Origin: Fonticula alba ATCC 38817
Taxonomy: Eukaryota > Protista > Nucleariida
NCBI GenBank assembly: GCA_000388065.2
Contig: KB932204.1
Length of the DNA: 58,875 nucleotides
Strand: one strand, 5' to 3'
Made by a program: the position numbers and the translations under genes. Shown one piece after another: positions 1-10,859 of the stretch; the first letter of the stretch is position 1, and the number at the start of each line of letters is the position of its first letter. Below the pieces are notes generated by a model. It was not told the DNA's origin. It searched no databases and saw only the letters and a list, made by a program, of their open reading frames with translations.

Positions 1-122
1 CCCTCCGGACATCCGCGCCCGTCGCACCCACCAAACTCACTCCTCTGCCCCCGTTCCCTTCCCGATCTCCCCGGCCCTCGCCGCCTGTCCCGGCTCCTGC
101 ACATGCGCACACCCCGGCCCAG

Positions 123-760
123 ACATCTCCTCAAACGGGTGGAATGTCCACCTGGACTTCACCCAGTCCAAGGCCAGCGTCACGTCCGGAACCAAGGCCG
201 GCGCGACCAAGCAGGTTTCCCTGCCGGAACTGACGCAGTTCTCCCACGTTGCCGTGGTGCGTTGCCTACATTGCCCGCCTGTCCACCTTTCGCCCTTCCC
301 CAGCCCGCCCCGTGTCCCCCGCATTTGGTTGTGCTCACACATGCTGGAGAAGACCCCGGATGGCAATCGCATTGTCCTGGTCCGGCCAAATCTCGAGACC
401 GCCGAGAAGCTGGACGATTGGGCGGTGATCGTTCGGCCGATCACGCCGCAGGACCCGGACGTGCCGGCCTCCTTCCGGCAAACGCACATCTTCCGCATCG
501 GGGAGTTCATCAGCGCCTTCCACCCTCCGCGGGTGGAGGGCCCCGGCATGCGCATGTCCACCGACCCGGCCCGGCGCTGGCTGGCCTCGCGGCGGTTCAC
601 CAACCAGGGCGTCGAGACGGCCGACGATGCTGGCGAGCCGATCTTCACCGTTGACAATGAGGGCATCACCCTGCGAACGGCCGTCACCAAGAGCCCGTTC
701 ATGGCCGGGCGCCTGTGTCGCGCCAAGTTCGATGGCAATGGCGTCTCCTTCATCGGCTGA
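123..760 (+). CDS. 3' part of a hypothetical protein with a beta-propeller-like motif (5' end outside window); exons 123-256, 353-760
   Basis: Acceptor cccag at 121-122. Open frame ISSNGWNVHLDFTQSK...FSHVAV, donor GTGCGT at 257. An AAG acceptor at 350-352 joins to give HVAVTPDGNRIVLV, resembling the VAVSPDG blade motif of WD40/YVTN propellers. C/G-ending codons; stop TGA at 758-760. Family assignment is inference. Confidence 0.6.
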
Positions 761-968
761 CTGTCGGGCCGCCATCAGACGCGCGAGGGCGCTCGGGGCC
801 TCCCTCTGTCTCTCCCTCTTGCCGCTGCGCGCTCGCCCTGGCGGCTCCAATACAAATGTCGAAAACCAGCAGCAGAGCTCCCCCCGCCGCACCCCCCTCT
901 GTGGAGGGTGCTCGCTCGCCTCATCTTGACCGCCTGATCCCCCCCCCCCCCCCCGACATCTGTGCACG

Positions 969-991
969 CACACACACACACACACACACAC
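969..991. repeat. (CA)n microsatellite between convergent gene ends
   Basis: Direct reading of cacaca... run. Confidence 0.95.
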
Positions 992-1309
992 CCTTCCCGC
1001 CACCGCCGCACACGGGGGTAGCCCCGCAAGCGCATCTGTATGTGTTTATATTTATAAATTGGGAATGAGGGAGAGGGAGGGAGAGAAAAGGGAGAGGCCC
1101 TGCAGGCATACACATGGGCGGGGGGAGGATGGGGGAGGGGATGAAAAAAAAAACACGGTACACATGTGAACCACCGGGATCATCCCCTCATGTGGAGGGA
1201 AGAAGCACAGCTCCTTCCCATGTGCATTGGCCAGTCACCACACACCAAGGGGGCGGGGGGGGGGGGGGGCCCCTCTCGGCCTTTTCGGGAGGGGGTCGTC
1301 GTGCCCTTC

Positions 1310-4300
1310 TTAGTCAATGACAACGGCGTTCATCTGGAAGGAGCCGAGGCCATCGCGGCCGGACTTCTTGTTCCGAGAGCTACGGATGATGAAGACCGAG
1401 ATGACCAGGATGATCATGACACCAATGGCCGCGCCGAAGGCGATGCCAATGATGGCCGAGGTGGACAGGCCGCGAGAGGCAACAACGCAAAGATCAGCCT
1501 CGGACTTGAAGCCAGACGAGCAGGCCAACACGCAGGCACCCTCCTCCCGGAAGTAGTCAGCCTGGCACTTGGTGCACTCGCAGGCATTGCCCGAGGAGGT
1601 GGCCTGGGCCTCGTCACAGGAGTCAATGGTGCCAGCACAGGGGACACAGGCAGCCACATTCATGGGGCGGAAGTGAGTCGGCGCGCAGGCAACCACACAG
1701 GCACCGTCCTGCAGGAGGAAGCCATCCTGGCAGGAGGCACACGAGCAAACGAAGTCACCGGAAGTGGAGTCCAGAGTGGCGGAGGCGGTGGCGCAGTTTT
1801 GGCCGGCAAGGGCAGTGCTGCAGTCGACACACCCGTTGCTGGCGGCCGAAGAGGAAAGAATGCCGGCAGCAGGCTCAGAGCCCGGAACAGAGCCGGAAGC
1901 AGGGGCGGAGCCGGAGGCGGGAGCGGAGCCGGAGGCGGGAGCGGAGCCGGAGGCGGGAGCGGAGCCGGAGGCGGGAGCGGAGCCGGAGGCGGGGGCGGAG
2001 CCGGAGGCGGGAGCGGAGCCAGAGGCAGGGGCAGAGCCAGAGGCGGGAGCGGAGCCAGAAGCAGGGGCAGAGCCAGAGGCGGGAGCGGAGCCAGAGGCAG
2101 GGGCAGAGCCGGAGCCAGGGGCAGAGCCAGAGCCAGGGGCAGAGCCGGAGGCGGGAGCGGAACCAGAGCCAGGAGCGGAGCCGGAGCCGGGGGTAGAACC
2201 GGAGCCGGGGGTAGAACCGGAGCCCGGAGCGGAGCCGGAGCCAGGGGCGGAGCCGGAGCCAGAGCCGGGGGTGGAACCGGAACCAGAGCCGGGGGTGGAA
2301 CCGGAACCAGAGCCCGGAGCGGAACCGGAACCAGAGCCGGGGGTGGAGCCAGAGCCAGAGCCGGGGGNNNNNNNNNNNNNNNNNNNNNNNNNNNNNNNNN
2401 NNNNNNNNNNNNNNNNNNNNNNNNNCGGAGCCCGGAGTGGAACCGGAATCGGAACCAGGGGTAGAACCGGAGCCGGAGCCCGGAGTGGAGCCGGAGCCAG
2501 AGCCCGGAGTGGAGCCAGAGCCAGAGCCCGGAGTGGAGCCAGAGCCAGAGCCCGGAGTGGAGCCAGAGCCAGAGCCCGGAGTGGAGCCAGAGCCCGGAGT
2601 GGAGTCGGAGCCGGAGGCCGGGGTGGAACCAGAACCGGAGCCCGGAGCAGAGCCGGAGCCCGGAGCAGAGCCGGAGCCCGGAGTAGAGCCGGAGCCCGGA
2701 GCGGAGCCGGAGCCAGGGGCGGAGCCAGAGCCGGAGCCCGGCGAGGGAATGAAGACTGGCACCATGAGGGCATTCTCGTCGCAAGTTTGGGCACAAGTGA
2801 CATCGGCATGACCAGGGCGCAGAGCGGTGATCAGGGAGGCATCGCACTCGGCACAGATACAGGCGCCGGAGGCATCAATCTCGGCCGTGCTGCAGCCCGA
2901 GGCCTGGAGCGACCGGCAGTCGGCACAGGAGCCAGCATTGGCCGGGTCAGCCGGGAGGAGCCCCTCGCAGACGGGCTCGCTGCACTTGACGGCAGAGCCC
3001 GCGATGGTCGAGCCGAGGACACACTCGAAGCAGAGAGGGGTCTCGCTGGCCATGGAGTAGCCGCCAGTAACGCAGCGCGGGTCCGGCTGGACGCCCATGA
3101 CCAGAGACATGCAGGCAGCCTGGTCGGCCTTCCCGGGGATATCAAACAACATACCCTTGGTGGTGCCAGCAGGGCAGGCCCCGGTGGCGGAAGCCACACA
3201 CTCGGTGGTCAGATCCGTCGGAGACACCTCAGCATGGAGGACGTAGCCGGAGTCGCAGACCACACAGAGATCGAGGTAGTGCTCGGCACAATGATCAGGG
3301 ACCGAACCGGAGCCCGGGGCGGAGCCGGAGCCAGGGGCGGAGCCGGAGCCGGGGGTGGAGCCAGAGCCGGGGGTGGAACCAGAACCAGAGCCCGGAGTGG
3401 AGCCGGAGCCGGAGCCCGGAGTAGAGCCGGAGCCGGAGCCAGGAGTAGAGCCGGAGCCGGAGCCAGGAGTAGAGCCGGAGCCGGGAGTGGAGCCAGAGCC
3501 AGAGCCGGGGGTAGAGCCAGAGCCAGAGCCGGGGGTGGAGCCAGAGCCAGAGCCGGGGGNNNNNNNNNNNNNNNNNNNNNNNNNNNNNNNNNNNNNNNNN
3601 NNNNNNNNNNNNNNNNNNNNNNNNNNNNNNNNNNNNNNNNNNNNNNNNNNNNNNNNNNNNNNNNNNNNNNNNNNNNNNNNNNNNNNNNNNNNNNNNNNNN
3701 NNNNNNNNNNNNNNNNNNNNNNNNNNNNNNNNNNNNNNNNNNNNNNNNNNNNNNNNNNNNNNNNNNNNNNNNNNNNNNNNNNNNNNNNNNNNNNNNNNNN
3801 NNNNNNNNNNNNNNNNNNNNNNNNNNNNNNNNNGTGGAACCGGAGCCGGGGGTGGAACCGGAGCCGGGGGTGGAACCGGAGTCCGGGAGACTCTCCATCA
3901 TGTAAGCATCAAAGGTGGCCGGCTCAGCCATGCGCGGGCGCCGAATGAAAGGCGGCAGGACAGGTGGAATCGACGGGATGCTGGTCGGGACACAGACCGC
4001 GTCGCCGACCAGGCTGAAGCCGGTCTTGCAGGCACTGCAGCGGGGAAGCGGGGTCTTGCCCTCCATCAGACGGTCCGAGGTCAGGTCAACACTGTAGGCC
4101 GAGCACCCGGGGATCGGCGAAGCAAAGCCAGCGCCGAAACAGAGCTCCATGTCAACATCAACCGGAGCCGAGGACAGGCCGATGGACACGGTGGTCGGCA
4201 GGCAGACCGCATCGGTGGGGAGGTTGCAGGTGAGGCTGTTGTTGTAGACAGCCAGGCGGCCGCCGTTGTGGCAGTCACGCAGAAGGTCCAGGACCGCAGG

Positions 4301-4584
4301 GAGGGAGGGGGCCGTCGGGGTAAGGGGGAGCGTGGCCGAGGTGGCCGAGGCGACGCCCATGGCCGAGGCCAGGGCGAAGACCGCAACCGACAACAGGCCG
4401 AAAGCTAAGCAAGGGGCAGGGCAGCAATGGTGAGACCCGCAGGCAGGGCGAGGGGCGAGGGGCGAGAGAGGGACGGGCGAGGAAAAGAAAGAGCGAGAGA
4501 GAGAGAGAGGCTGGTTGAGGGGAGCAGCAGCAATCGGCGTTGAGAGAGGAGGAGGGAGGGGGGGGACGCACTCTGCCCGGTCAT
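1310..4584 (-). CDS. Type I membrane surface protein: signal peptide, three Cys-rich (CxxC, furin-like/VSP-like) blocks separated by two PGSGS/PASGS repeat stalks, one TM helix, short tail; exons 4584-4572, 4404-1310 (two N-gaps inside)
   Basis: ATG ACC GGG CAG A|GTGCGT...ttag|CT gives [21 protein letters not shown] (signal-like). Cys blocks include [82 protein letters not shown]; tail ends FQMNAVVID*. Frame cannot be checked across the gaps at 2368-2425 and 3560-3833. Confidence 0.85.
1876..2745 (-). repeat. Coding tandem array of 18-nt ([12 protein letters not shown]) and 24-nt (PGSGSGST) units; interrupted by gap 2368-2425
   Basis: Direct reading of ggagccggaggcg / ggagccagagcc units. Confidence 0.95.
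3301..3885 (-). repeat. Second coding PGSGS(GS)T tandem array; interrupted by gap 3560-3833
   Basis: Same unit family as 1876-2745. Confidence 0.95.
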
Positions 4585-4887
4585 TGTGGGGGAACGGGGC
4601 TTCGGGAGGGGGAGGGGATGAGGCACTGAGAAAGTCAGGTTAGAGCAATTCCCGGGTGTCGGGGCGCGGGGGGGACTCATTTTTGGATGTCCTCCCTCCC
4701 TCCGCCGGGGGAGGCCCCGGCACCTGGCACCTGGCGCGGCCGCCCCCCCCTCCCTCCCCCGGCCGCCTGGCCCGCGCCCGCCACCCTCCCCCAGGCCGGG
4801 AAGCCGCACCACTTCGTTACGGTGGGCCCGCACATGCCGAAGCCTTGGCCGCCAAGAGAGGCAGCTGGCGAGGCGTCCTCCCATCGA

Positions 4888-4922
<35 letters not shown>

Positions 4923-7254
4923 GTGCGCGCGCGCGCGCGCGCCATTGGAAAGATGCATCCCGCGGCATGACGGAGTACCAACATCCGAGCGGGCACTTTG
5001 CCGGGCGCGCCTACGCCTTGTCGTGACTCGCCGGCTGGGCACTTGCCGGGCGCCCCCCGCCGATTGCGCCGCCCCGGTCGCCGCCCCCGAGCACGGATGC
5101 CCCACCGGAGTCGACGGCTCTGGGCAAAAGGGGACCCGGTCAACAGGGAGAGATCTAATGGACTGGGGGGCGGGGCAAGGTGCATCCGCCGGGGCCACGC
5201 ACTGATCTTGGGCGCGTGTGCAAGCCGCGTGCCAGCGTTGTGTCTTCGCGGGCACGATTGAGTTGGTCCCACGCCGCCGGGTGACCGAGGCTGCGCCCCC
5301 GGCTTGCCCGGCCAGCAAAGGAGGCCCGGCCCGCCGAGAGCGGAGAACAACAACAACCACAACAGCGGGTGCCGGCGCGGTGGACCAGGCGTTTCGCGGA
5401 AGATCAGCGCCAGCACCCTCACACGGCCCGATGGCTGGAACACGACCGGCAGCCCCACCCACGCCGCTTGGCTGCCGCCGCCCCCCCCCCCCCCCGGTAG
5501 CAGCGCCCCTCTAAACCACGAATGGAGGGCGCCAACACACCAACGCCAAGGCGATTTTGACCCGCCCTCCCCCCTCCCTCCGGGCCATCTCCCGGCCCCG
5601 GCGAGCCTAGTCTAAAGACGACCAGCGAGCGGCGCCCGAGCGGCGAGGCACCTGGGGAAGGTGTGACAGGGCGGAATTGTGCTGAATGTGTCTTCGCGGG
5701 GGACCGGCACTTGACCCGGCCGCCAGGTGCTTTTCCCCGCCCAGCCATTCGGACCCGTTTCGGGGGGCGGGGGCGGAGAAGATGGTCCCCCCCCCCCCCG
5801 GCTCCTCCAGATGGCTGGGCGAGAGGGAGGCCGGTGTCGTGGGGCGACAGTGCGCTGGCTGGCGCCAGCACCAGGCGACCAGACCCATGGGGCGAGCTAA
5901 CACCCTGGCAGCGCCCATGGTTTGTGAGGCGCACGCGCGCGCGCATGCGCGCATACACGCCCATCAAGGTGGCACGGGCGCGGGCTCGGACGCGGGCGCA
6001 CCGGAGCCCAGCTACCCGATCAGGACAGCGGGGCCGGGGGGGGCGGGGCGGGGCGGGGGCCGGGGNNNNNNNNNNNNNNNNNNNNNNNNNNNNNNNNNNN
6101 NNNNNNNNNNNNNNNNNNNNNNNNNNNNNNNNNNNNNNNNNNNNNNNNNNNNNNNNNNNNNNNNNNNNNNNNNNNNNNNNNNNNNNNNNNNNNNNNNNNN
6201 NNNNNNNNNNNNNNNNNNNNNNNNNNNNNNNNNNNNNNNNNNNNNNNNNNNNNNNNNNNNNNNNNNNNNNNNNNNNNNNNNNNNNCCCCCCGGCCGGGTC
6301 GCGCGGGCAGGCGGCGGGGGGATGCCCACGGAGAGGCTAGCGTCCTCGGAAGGACGCCCCCCCCCGCGGTTGGCGCGCCAGATGATGGGGCCCGGGACGC
6401 GCGCCGTGCCGGCCTTGCCCCCGGCAGCCGATCTTCATGGGCCAGGTGGCGGCGCCACAATTTCCCCTTCGAGGGCACGCATATCGGCGTTGATGAGGGA
6501 CTCATAATTGGGCAGACGAGCTGGCCCCCGGTCCCCCGCGCCCCGGCCTCCCCCTCCCCCCCCCGGGTCCTAACAAAGATGGGGAGGGCCTGCAGAAGCA
6601 GGCCCGCGGGCCCGCCCCGGGGCAGGGGCGCCGTGAGGCGCCCCTGCTCTTCGGCCGGCCCCGAAGAAGCACCGCCCCCGCCGGAACCGTCCTCCGACGG
6701 GGGAGCGCAACATTCCTCGCCTGGGGGTGGGGGGGCGGCGGCGCGGAGGCGGCAGACCCGGGCGTCGGTGCCACCCCCAGCCGGCGCGCACACACGCGCG
6801 CGCGCGTGCCCGCGCCTGCCGAGGCGGGACTAGCAGGGGCAGGGGGAGAAATCTGGCTCATGGCGCAATCCGACCTCGAAAAGAGCGCCAGGCAGTATTT
6901 TTCTGCGAGCATATGGACCCGGACCATATGGCACGAGCGCGCGCGCGTGCGCGTGTGCGTGCCTGCCCGCCCCCGCCCGCCGAGCACACTGGTTCACCGG
7001 CGCACCGTCCCGGCCGGCCAGCCTGGCCGCGCGGTCGGACATGGAAGAGGGCACACAAAATGCGCCCAACCCTGGAGCCGCGGTAACGGCCGGACGGCCA
7101 GTGGTCTGGGCAACGAACGCGCACCTGTTCCCCCCCACCCGCCAGCCGGGGGCGAGGACGGGCTTCGCTCCCGCTGGAACACCCAATATCCCGACAGTTA
7201 CCCGCCCCGCCGGCCCGCAGGCATTTGACCCCCGCCGCAGGCCGGGGCCCGGCC

Positions 7255-7262
7255 TTTTTATA
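7255..7262 (-). promoter_or_regulatory. Candidate TATA box (TATAAAAA on minus strand) in long divergent intergenic region
   Basis: Plus strand reads tttttata, a rare AT motif in ~70% GC context. No transcript evidence. Confidence 0.3.
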
Positions 7263-9801
7263 CGCCCCGACGGCGAGGGCGGCGTGCGCCGAGGGGCGGG
7301 GGGAGGGGGGGGGGGGGGGGCACGCGCGCGCGCGCATGGCGGCCGGAGGGCGTGAGCCCGCGCATGAAAAGTCTCAGCAGAGAATGCGAGCCGAACCCCG
7401 ATCAGCATTCCATTCCCCTGGTCGGGACGAACCACCGCCGTCCCCCCTCCCCAATCATCGGCCCAAACGACCGGCATCGGGTGGCCGAGGCCGGCTCGAA
7501 CACCGGCGACTTTCGCCCGCCCGCCCCGAAGAGAGGGAGATGCCGTGGCCTTCTTGGGGCCGGACGTGTGCGCGCGCGCGCGCACGCGCGCGAGAGCCGG
7601 ACACCCCCGCACGCCGGGTCTCCCGGCGGGACCAGGCGCCTCAAGGGGAGGGGGCGCGGACGTTTGTTATTATTCCAATATGCAGAAATATGTCAGATTA
7701 TATTTCCCTCAAATATACCCTCAACAGGGGGTGGGAAGGCTCCGCTCGGCTCTGGCCCGGCGCGCATCGCCGGGAGGAGGGGGGGGTCTTGCCGACGGCG
7801 CGGCTCTTGCTCTCGCCAGGTCACTCCCCCCCCCCCCCCGCGCCTGTCCCCCTCCTGCGGTTCTGCTCGGACCATATGCTGGCCATAGCCACCTGAGGGG
7901 GCCCCATCATACGGCGGCTCCTAGCCCGGGCCGGGGGATCTTGGGCCCCCGGCTCGGGCGCGCGCGCGCGCACGCATGCTGGCCCGGTGGCGCCGACCGA
8001 TCCGTGGGGAAAGTCTCCACGCGCCCAGGGACCGGGGGGGGGGGCGCGGGAGGGACGCCTCGCCGTCACACGGCCGGGAGACAAGATCCCCTCGCCGCCC
8101 GTCTCCCCCGCATGAAGCCACCGTGGCACCAATATTCTGTCCTCGCTGCGCCAGTTCCCTCTACCACCAACGGCGCGGCTGCCCGCCCCCCCCCCCCCCC
8201 TGGGCACTTCATCCCGCGCTGGAAAACACATCTGAGTCAGGGAGGGGCCCGAATGGCGGGCGACGTGTGTGGCCGCGGTGCCCATCCCCACAAGGGGGGC
8301 CGCAGGGACTTCTGTGTCAAGGCCCGCCATCGGTGGCGGACGCCAGCCGAGTCCCAAGGGATCCGACGGTGCAGACTGCGTGCTATAGCACAAGATCGAG
8401 AAACACCACTATAATAGAATGGTATTGAAAATAGACAATCTCGTACGCCCGGAGTAAGAGCGTTACCGAGTAAATGGTTAACATAACTCAGCGGGGCTTT
8501 CGGCCGGCCGCAGAGTCGGCCCCCGTGCCTGCCTTTGCCGCGGGCCCGCCCCCTTCATGGGGGCGGGGGGCCGGCGGGCGCCGCACAACGTGGGCTACCC
8601 CGGCCTTTCATGCGCGCCCTGGTGGCTCCGCAGCCGGGGACCGCCTCTCTCCCCCCGCTCTGTCTTTGTCTCTCTGTCCGCCTCTTCCTTGTTCCCGGGG
8701 ACACGGGGGGAGGGGCACCACCCGGGCCGGGGCTGCCGGCCGGCGGATGACTACCACCGCGAGGGCTAGGCTTCATGTCATCATGATGGCTCGGGGCCTC
8801 GTCGCCGCCCTTGTCGGCCGCCCCCCGGTCCCGGGCCCGAGCGATCGCGTCAGCCGATTGGCCGGCCTGCCGGGGCGAAGCAGCGGCAACTAGGCTCTCG
8901 CTCACCCGGGGGGCGGGGGGGTTGCTTTTCGGGGCGGGGTGCCCCCCCCCCCCTGGTTGTCCGTCTCCAGCCCCGCCGGACAATGGCCGCCGCCCCCCCC
9001 CCCCCCCTGCCCCCAGGGAACAGAGGCGAGGTCCGGACTGTTACTTGGCAGTTCACCGGCTGCGGCCGGAAGTATTAGCTCCCCCCCTGGCCGGGGGGCG
9101 CGGCGCGCCGGACCAGCTCCCGCGCCTGGGGCCCAGGGCGAGGGAGGACGACCATCCCTTTGGCCACGAACCTTGCTGCGGTTGTTGTTGTTGTTGTCGT
9201 CGTCGTCGTCGTCGCTCTCGTGGCCGCCCGTGGCTGCCCGCGCCTCGGCCTTACTCTACACTGAGGGCGAGCGCGAGCAGGGCCCTGGTCCCTGTTGGGC
9301 CGCGCCCCCCGCCCGGCTGGCCGATGCTTGTCCCGTGGTCGGGTGTACGATTTGCTCCTCTCTCTCTCTCTGCGGCTCTCCTTCCCGGTGCGGGGGCACG
9401 ACCTTCCCTCCTCCCGGCGCTTGTCCCCGCCCAGCCGCCCTTCCCTGGGGGGAAGTGCCCTCGGGGGGGAGGGGGCATGCCCAGGGGCTTTTGCTTGGTG
9501 CTTGTTGCTCTCCCCCCCCCCCGCCTCCGGGCGTGTGTGTGTGCGCCTCTCCACCGAGGGGGGACTGTGCGTTGGAGCGTTGCAAGCCAGCCGACGGGGC
9601 ACCGGCGTCGAGGGGGGGGCCGTGTGTCATCTCCGGCCGGCCGGGGTCCCGTGCTCTCGCCGGGCCTCTGCTCGTTGAAATGCGGGCTCTCCCGTCGTCC
9701 GCGTCTTTTGGGGCCGCCGGAGGGGGGGGAGGGCGGGGGGCTCTAGCACGATTTTCGGCGCGACGGGCAGGGCCTCCCCTGCTCCGTGCTCCGCTGGGGC
9801 G

Positions 9802-9839
<38 letters not shown>

Positions 9840-10859
9840 GCCTGGGCTGCCCTCCTGTAGCAAGGCTCCCCCGGGCCAGGGAGGCGGGGGCGGCAAGGGG
9901 CGAACAGGCGCTGGCGCGGCCGTTGCGTGTGCGTCCTCGGCCCGAGGTGCTGCCATGTGAGCGCGTCTGCGCGCGATCGGCGTCCGGGCCTCGGGGCATG
10001 GACATGTCCTCAGGTCCCCGCGAACTTGGCCGGGGCTGGAGAAGCCGGGACGGCTAGTCGCTCGCCGGGCTGGTTGACCTGCCAGGTGTGGGGCGTCGGG
10101 CGTGGGGCGGGGGGCGGAGCGAGGTGCATCAGGCCACCCCCCCTCCCGGACAGCAGGCGGCTCAGGCCACCCCCAGGCCAGGGGGGGGGGGCGGGGGGAT
10201 GTGTGACCACATCGACCCCGTCCCCCCCCCCCCCCCCCCGCGCGCCCGCCCCTCGCCCAAGACAGCAGGGCACGACCATGGGCGAGCTGGCGTGTGCCGC
10301 TGGCGTTGCGCGGGCGGTCTCGCCTCGCGGCGCATTTTCTGCCCCTGCTTGTGTAAGGAGGCCGGGTTCACACGCCGGGCCCCTCTCCTCCGGCCCTCGC
10401 CGCCAGGTCGAGCTTCTAGCTCTTTCCTCCAGCATCGGCTGCGAGCCGGTCTTCGTGCCCGGGCGACAATGTGTCCCGACGGCCTCCGAGAGGGCGGCGA
10501 GGCACGGGCCGGTACGGGCGCGGACCGGGAGAGAGCCGGCGCGGCCCCGTATGCACCCCCTGCCGTGACCCACTCCGTGGGTGGTGCCCCCTCGCATCCC
10601 CCCCCCCCCCTCCCCAGCTGGGCTGCTCATGTTCCGAGGGAGTCACTCTTTATGAGCGGGCATCCCCCCCCGGCGGCTGACATGCTCAGCGTTCTCCCTA
10701 GCCCTTTTCTGTACTTCTGTCGGTCCGTCCTTCACCCCTCCCCCCCCCCCCCCCCACCCTGCGGCCCTGTCTTTCCTGCCTGCACGACCCGCTCACCCCT
10801 CCCCCCCCGCCCCACCCGACAGCTTCCGCCAGAGGTTTCACTTAAGGTCTTATCCCCAT

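Noticed and set aside
1166-3948. Plus-strand (EP)n and (GA/RA)n ORFs (1166-2464, 1764-3905, 2437-2811, 3355-3948)
   Set aside because: Antisense or alternative-frame shadows of the PGSGS arrays. The minus strand carries the signal peptide, Cys modules and TM.
6910-6930. Inverted repeat CATATGG-n7-CCATATG
   Set aside because: A 7-bp stem is within chance expectation over 59 kb.
9170-9225. (GTT)n(GTC)n tract that could encode D6N5 on the minus strand
   Set aside because: Short frame bounded by stops, with no linkable exons. Treated as a simple repeat.
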